Assembly: GCA_002633005.1 (NCBI GenBank)
Contig: NMRA01000106.1
Span: 12,737 to 76,736 of the forward strand
Reading direction: 5' to 3'
From: Phoronis australis
Lineage: Eukaryota > Animalia > Phoronida
DNA: 64,000 bases
Below are positions 59,413 through 64,000 of the stretch, piece by piece. Every line of letters begins with the position of its first letter. The first letter of the stretch is position 1. The translations under genes and the position numbers were made by a program. Under the pieces are notes generated by a model. It saw only the letters and a list, made by a program, of their open reading frames with translations, made no database searches and had not been told where the DNA came from.

Positions 59413-59989
59413 AACACCTTCTCATTTGAAATGAGCTTTTCTCAAATAAATGAGCTTCGAAAAAAGGACTTAAATTGAATACTTAATAAGGTATTTCCCA
59501 GACAATGCCACACTTGCAAATTCATTAATCGGTCTATCCTATATATATATAGGGTATACCACTAGCGTCATTCGCTTGAGTGGTCTATCCTATATATATA
59601 TATAGGATAGACCACTCAAACGATTGACGTTCATTCCTTGGAGTGGTCTATCCTATAGACCACTCAAACGATTGACGTCAGTGGTATATCCTATATATAC
59701 ATAGGGTAGACCACCGACTTCATTCGTTGGAGTGGTCTATCCTATAGGATAGACCACTCCAAGGAATGAACGTCAATCGTTTGAGTGGTCTATCCTATAT
59801 ATATATAGGATAGACCACTCAAACGAATGACGCTAGTGGTATACCCTATATATATATATATAGGGTAGACCGTTTAATGAATATGCAAGTGTGGCATTGT
59901 CTGGGTAATACCTTATTAAGTATTCAATTTAAGTCCTTTTTTCGAAGCTCATTTATTTGAGAAAAGCTCATTTCAAATGAGAAGGTGTT
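59413..59989. mobile_element. 577-bp foldback element with nested palindromic modules
   Basis: Near-perfect outer arms (aacaccttctcatttgaaatgagc... / ...gctcatttcaaatgagaaggtgtt); seven internal gtggtctatcc(ta)n ggatagaccac-type hairpins; flanked by TTCT on both sides. Confidence 0.88.
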
Positions 59990-61445
59990 TTCTTTAAAAG
60001 AAAGCTATTACCAAATTTTATAAAAATCTGTCAAGGAACTTCAGATAAACGACGGAAAACGGAAAAAAATGAAATTGCCACCATTGGGCACAGCGTTCAT
60101 TGGATCGGCCTAAAAGACGTCGTCTGTTAGCTTCATATAAATGCAATTACTAAATTTAATGAAGATCATGCAGTGTGTTAAGGAGATGCAGCAGTAGGCG
60201 CAAAACAAAATAAAACTATCACTAGGAGGCGTCACAGTAGTCGAATTCGTTATAGTCAACCGCTCTCTTCACACTGCAGTGGCGGATCTACGTTTTCAGC
60301 AAGGGGGGGTTTAGGATTCTCGCCAAGGTCGAATCCTAGGAGCGTGGCGCCGAGCGGGGGGAGGTCGGGAGGGGGTTTCCCCTTCCGTGTAAGATATTTT
60401 TTGTTTTTGTAGCCAAATAGTGAAATTTCCATGCATCCTGGTAAGTTTCTGGCACTTAACATGTCTCTGGAGTTTTTCTTAAGATAATTAAAAACCCTTC
60501 TCGATTTCGTCACATGAACTTGGCACATAAGTTTCGTGAAACCATATTGTGCACATCTGGGTATGAGTCACGCCACCAGCAAAAATTTTTGTTGGAACAT
60601 CTGCTTAAACACACCTTTTTTGCATACGAAAAGTCGTATACGAAAAAGTGTGGTGTGTATACAGGGGTTAAGACAATTTCCAAATATTCAAGAGCATAAT
60701 TAAGAAGCACCGACGGGGCGTAAAAACTTGAATATCAGATGATCGCGTAACAGCAGCCTCAAGCTGTTTAAGAACGAAGACCTGCACTTTTAGTCCGGAA
60801 ATAAACATGTGTTCTGTCTCGTTACGAGAAAAACTGGCGAACGATGATCATGGCGGCTCTCAACTCATAGTCTATTATCAAAAGCGACAATAAATAATTA
60901 GGTATCACTTTATTAAGCTGAATCACGTTGACAACAATTGAAAAACGTCAAATCTATCAGGAAACAAATCATCTGAAAACAGTTTCACGAAACCAAAACA
61001 TCCTGTGCACAGTGGTGAAAAGATACACTGGACTAGTTTGCAGAGGGACCAGATGTACACTAAGAGTACACAAAAAGCTGACCTGGTCCGTCACGAGACC
61101 AAGAGTACACCTGTGCTTATTATCCCTATACAAATAGCCGATCTGTCGCGGGACCAAACAGTACTGGCTGAGATAAATAGTTTTACAAAGCACACTTTGG
61201 TAAAAAAATCACAAGACTAGTTCGCCGAGGGACCAGAAGTACACTGAAACTCAACTGGCCTGGTCCGTCTTGAGACCTTAAGTGTACTATGCAAAAAATT
61301 TTGAATTGAAAACTTCTCTCTAAAATTTTAATCCCAAGTGGTTACTCATACGTTAGTCCTATCCTTCTGTTGTCTAGACTGCCGAGGAATTTGTATATCG
61401 GATCCAATGATTTGCTCGTCTTGGAACCATTCTACCCACATATCT

Positions 61446-62392
61446 CAGTGGCGGATCTGGGATATCACAAGGGGTGGCCCAACATTTCGTCCGGCTGTAA
61501 GCTTACGCAAACTGAACCACGATTTTAGATGCGCATAGCACCAAAGTGGCGGGAGGTCGGGAGGGGGGTTTGCCCCCTTCCGCAAAAGAAATTTTTTGTT
61601 TTTATCTCTAAAAATAAAGCATTTTCCTTGATTCCTGGAGACAAAAGAGGCAAAAAAAAAAAAACGGAGAACGTGTCGAACAGAAAAAACTGCAAGAACC
61701 TACGACTCGAACTCAAGACCTGGCGGATACAGCGCGCGTGCGTTACCACTACACCACCACGATTCAACACGAAATCTCTTTCTGAGAGACCTACTTATTT
61801 ATGGTCCACAGCGTTTGCGCGCGAAACCTACTTCTTTTTGTATTTCTTATTACACGTATTATATTTTGTGCCATCGATTCTTAACAAATTTGTCGTATTT
61901 AAAATAGTTTTCAAATGCTCAAAAGACCAAATCCGTTTTTCGTGTTGGCAATAATGACGGGATTGCTTTGGAAATCGTCTTAAGATAAGGTTTGACAAAG
62001 AGAGTATTGCGAGTTTCTGAGTAATTCACTAAGGCTTCGATTAAACACATCTTACCAGCAGCTTCTGTTTTTCATCGTTACTCAGGTTCCATTTTCTTTA
62101 AAAAATGAAGTAAATTTTTTTCATTGCACAGTGGAGCAGACGATGGAAACGGAGTCGTAGTGCGCAGCGCCACTGCCGGTCGCCTGGGATATCGCGGGAG
62201 AACCTATACTTAGCCATAGTTCCGTTACGAATGCGCCGTGTTCCGAATTTGACACTTGAAGTTGGATTTGAGCCCCCCTCCCTCACCCCCCGCCCCAACA
62301 CTAAAACTGCACATATTTAAATCTTTTTTCATTCGTATAATTTTAATTACCGGGGTTAATTAATAAACTCAACATTGCCCTACGCTCTTACT
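61446..62392. mobile_element. Family B element (CAGTGGCGGATCT terminus) with internal tRNA-like segment
   Basis: Left terminus at 61446; minus-strand A-box tggtgtagtgg and B-box gttcgagtc at ~61704-61760; runs into a gap. Confidence 0.8.
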
Positions 62393-64000
62393 NNNNNNNN
62401 NNNNNNNNNNNNNNNNNNNNNNNNNNNNNNNNNNNNNNNNNNNNNNNNNNNNNNNNNNNNNNNNNNNNNNNNNNNNNNNNNNNNNNNNNNNNNNNNNNNN
62501 NNNNNNNNNNNNNNNNNNNNNNNNNNNNNNNNNNNNNNNNNNNNNNNNNNNNNNNNNNNNNNNNNNNNNNNNNNNNNNNNNNNNNNNNNNNNNNNNNNNN
62601 NNNNNNNNNNNNNNNNNNNNNNNNNNNNNNNNNNNNNNNNNNNNNNNNNNNNNNNNNNNNNNNNNNNNNNNNNNNNNNNNNNNNNNNNNNNNNNNNNNNN
62701 NNNNNNNNNNNNNNNNNNNNNNNNNNNNNNNNNNNNNNNNNNNNNNNNNNNNNNNNNNNNNNNNNNNNNNNNNNNNNNNNNNNNNNNNNNNNNNNNNNNN
62801 NNNNNNNNNNNNNNNNNNNNNNNNNNNNNNNNNNNNNNNNNNNNNNNNNNNNNNNNNNNNNNATAGAAGACGGCAGTGTGCTTATTGCAGGTAGACAGAC
62901 GGTAGGTGTTGAGGTCGGAAGTAGGGCTCCTTAGGAGGCCTATTTAACATCGCACGAGTCCCGCAAGACTTTGTTGTGAAAGAACAGCCTCCCCGCAATT
63001 TCTGGTACTGTACACTTTTCGCGAATGCGGTCACTTTCTCAATGTGAGTGCTCCCTTGGTCATCCTTGTAAGACATAACTTGTTATAGAGTGTGTCTTCA
63101 AACGGACTCGCGACCAGACCACGGTGCCCGCCACAATAGCAATTCCTCGGAAAAAGATTTTTTTTCAAAAATATTACATGTACACAACATTACATGTACA
63201 TGTACACTGTATGATATTGCGCAAGACAACTTTACTATACATCAGTTACAAACGTGTGGGGTGTAATAGAATGACACTGCATAACAGATGAGGTAAAAAC
63301 GTTGCACGTCAATTCGCCTGAATGTCAGGGTTGCGGCACCGCAGTATTTCCCCTAATGAAATCAAAACATATCTTAGAGTAAAGAAGCTAGTTACCTAAA
63401 GAAATCAGCTATAGAACTGCTCTTTCAGCGGGGAATCCATCTAAAATGCTTGGCTACTTCAGAAGTGTCGACGGAAGCGCGGGCACAATAAATCCCCGCG
63501 CGTTTTGCCGATGAACCACAAAGACTCAGCAATTCACAATGCAAAAAACTATATTTTCAGAGTGAACCCCCCCTCTCAATTTTTTCCAAGTTGGTTTACT
63601 TGGGGTTTACACAGGCTGGCTGTGCCGTTTTTGTTTTGCTAGAGACGCTTTTGTTTTTTATTTATTTTTTAAATTTTTGGGTCCTGGCCCGAGGGGGGGG
63701 GTTTAAACCCACTGAACCCCCCCGTAGATCCGCCACTGCACTGAATAACATACACGCCAATTTTCAAAACCATCCTTAGAATGATTTGGTTGATCGAAGG
63801 GTGGGTGCCAAAAAACTGACTCGAAAACAGGAAAAAGGCCACTAGGTGGAGCAAAGTACCTCGACTCCATCCGAAAACGAGAGGAGAGCATCGTCACACC
63901 AATAGATGCCTACATTCCAAATTTTCTGAAAATTTGTTGAGGACCTTTGAAGATAGAGAGGTAAACCTAAAAAACTAAAATTGCTACTAGGGAGCACAGT

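Noticed and set aside
59530-59875. CRISPR-like palindromic repeats with spacers
   Set aside because: Linkers are copies or inversions of each other, repeat length varies, and the array lies within a larger inverted repeat.
62880-63110. Gypsy-like pol scrap (SYVLQG*P) on the minus strand
   Set aside because: Too short and degenerate to support without a search.

Overview
AT-rich animal (invertebrate-looking) genomic scaffold, not prokaryotic: it has spliceosomal GT-AG introns, many MITEs, transposon relics and minisatellites. N-gaps lie at 5542-6085, 27344-27856, 37792-37851, 51611-52011, 54306-54529 and 62393-62862, and several single-N joins are flanked by duplicated sequence (probably uncollapsed haplotypes). 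Three host-type genes are supportable. (1) An 8-exon RNF32 orthologue (RING-IQ-RING, about 429 aa) on the minus strand at 27896-37471. (2) An intronless 804-aa orphan type-I membrane protein at 21849-24263. (3) The most interesting: a probably spliced gene of about 905 aa (10023-10160 + 15103-17682) whose large exon resembles, motif by motif and by eye, the bacterial sporadically distributed TIGR04141/DUF6119 family. It has a C-terminal PD-(D/E)xK-like nuclease signature and a basic NLS-like insert, making it a candidate bacteria-derived, defence-type nuclease domesticated in an animal. The rest is mostly transposon debris: three TTAA-associated Kolobok-like elements retaining THAP domains, decayed Kolobok transposase/KolX relics, Harbinger-type MITEs (one with filled and empty sites both visible), a LINE RT relic, a probable BEL/Pao relic and a 577-bp nested foldback palindrome. 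All family assignments come from visual motif recognition, not database searches.
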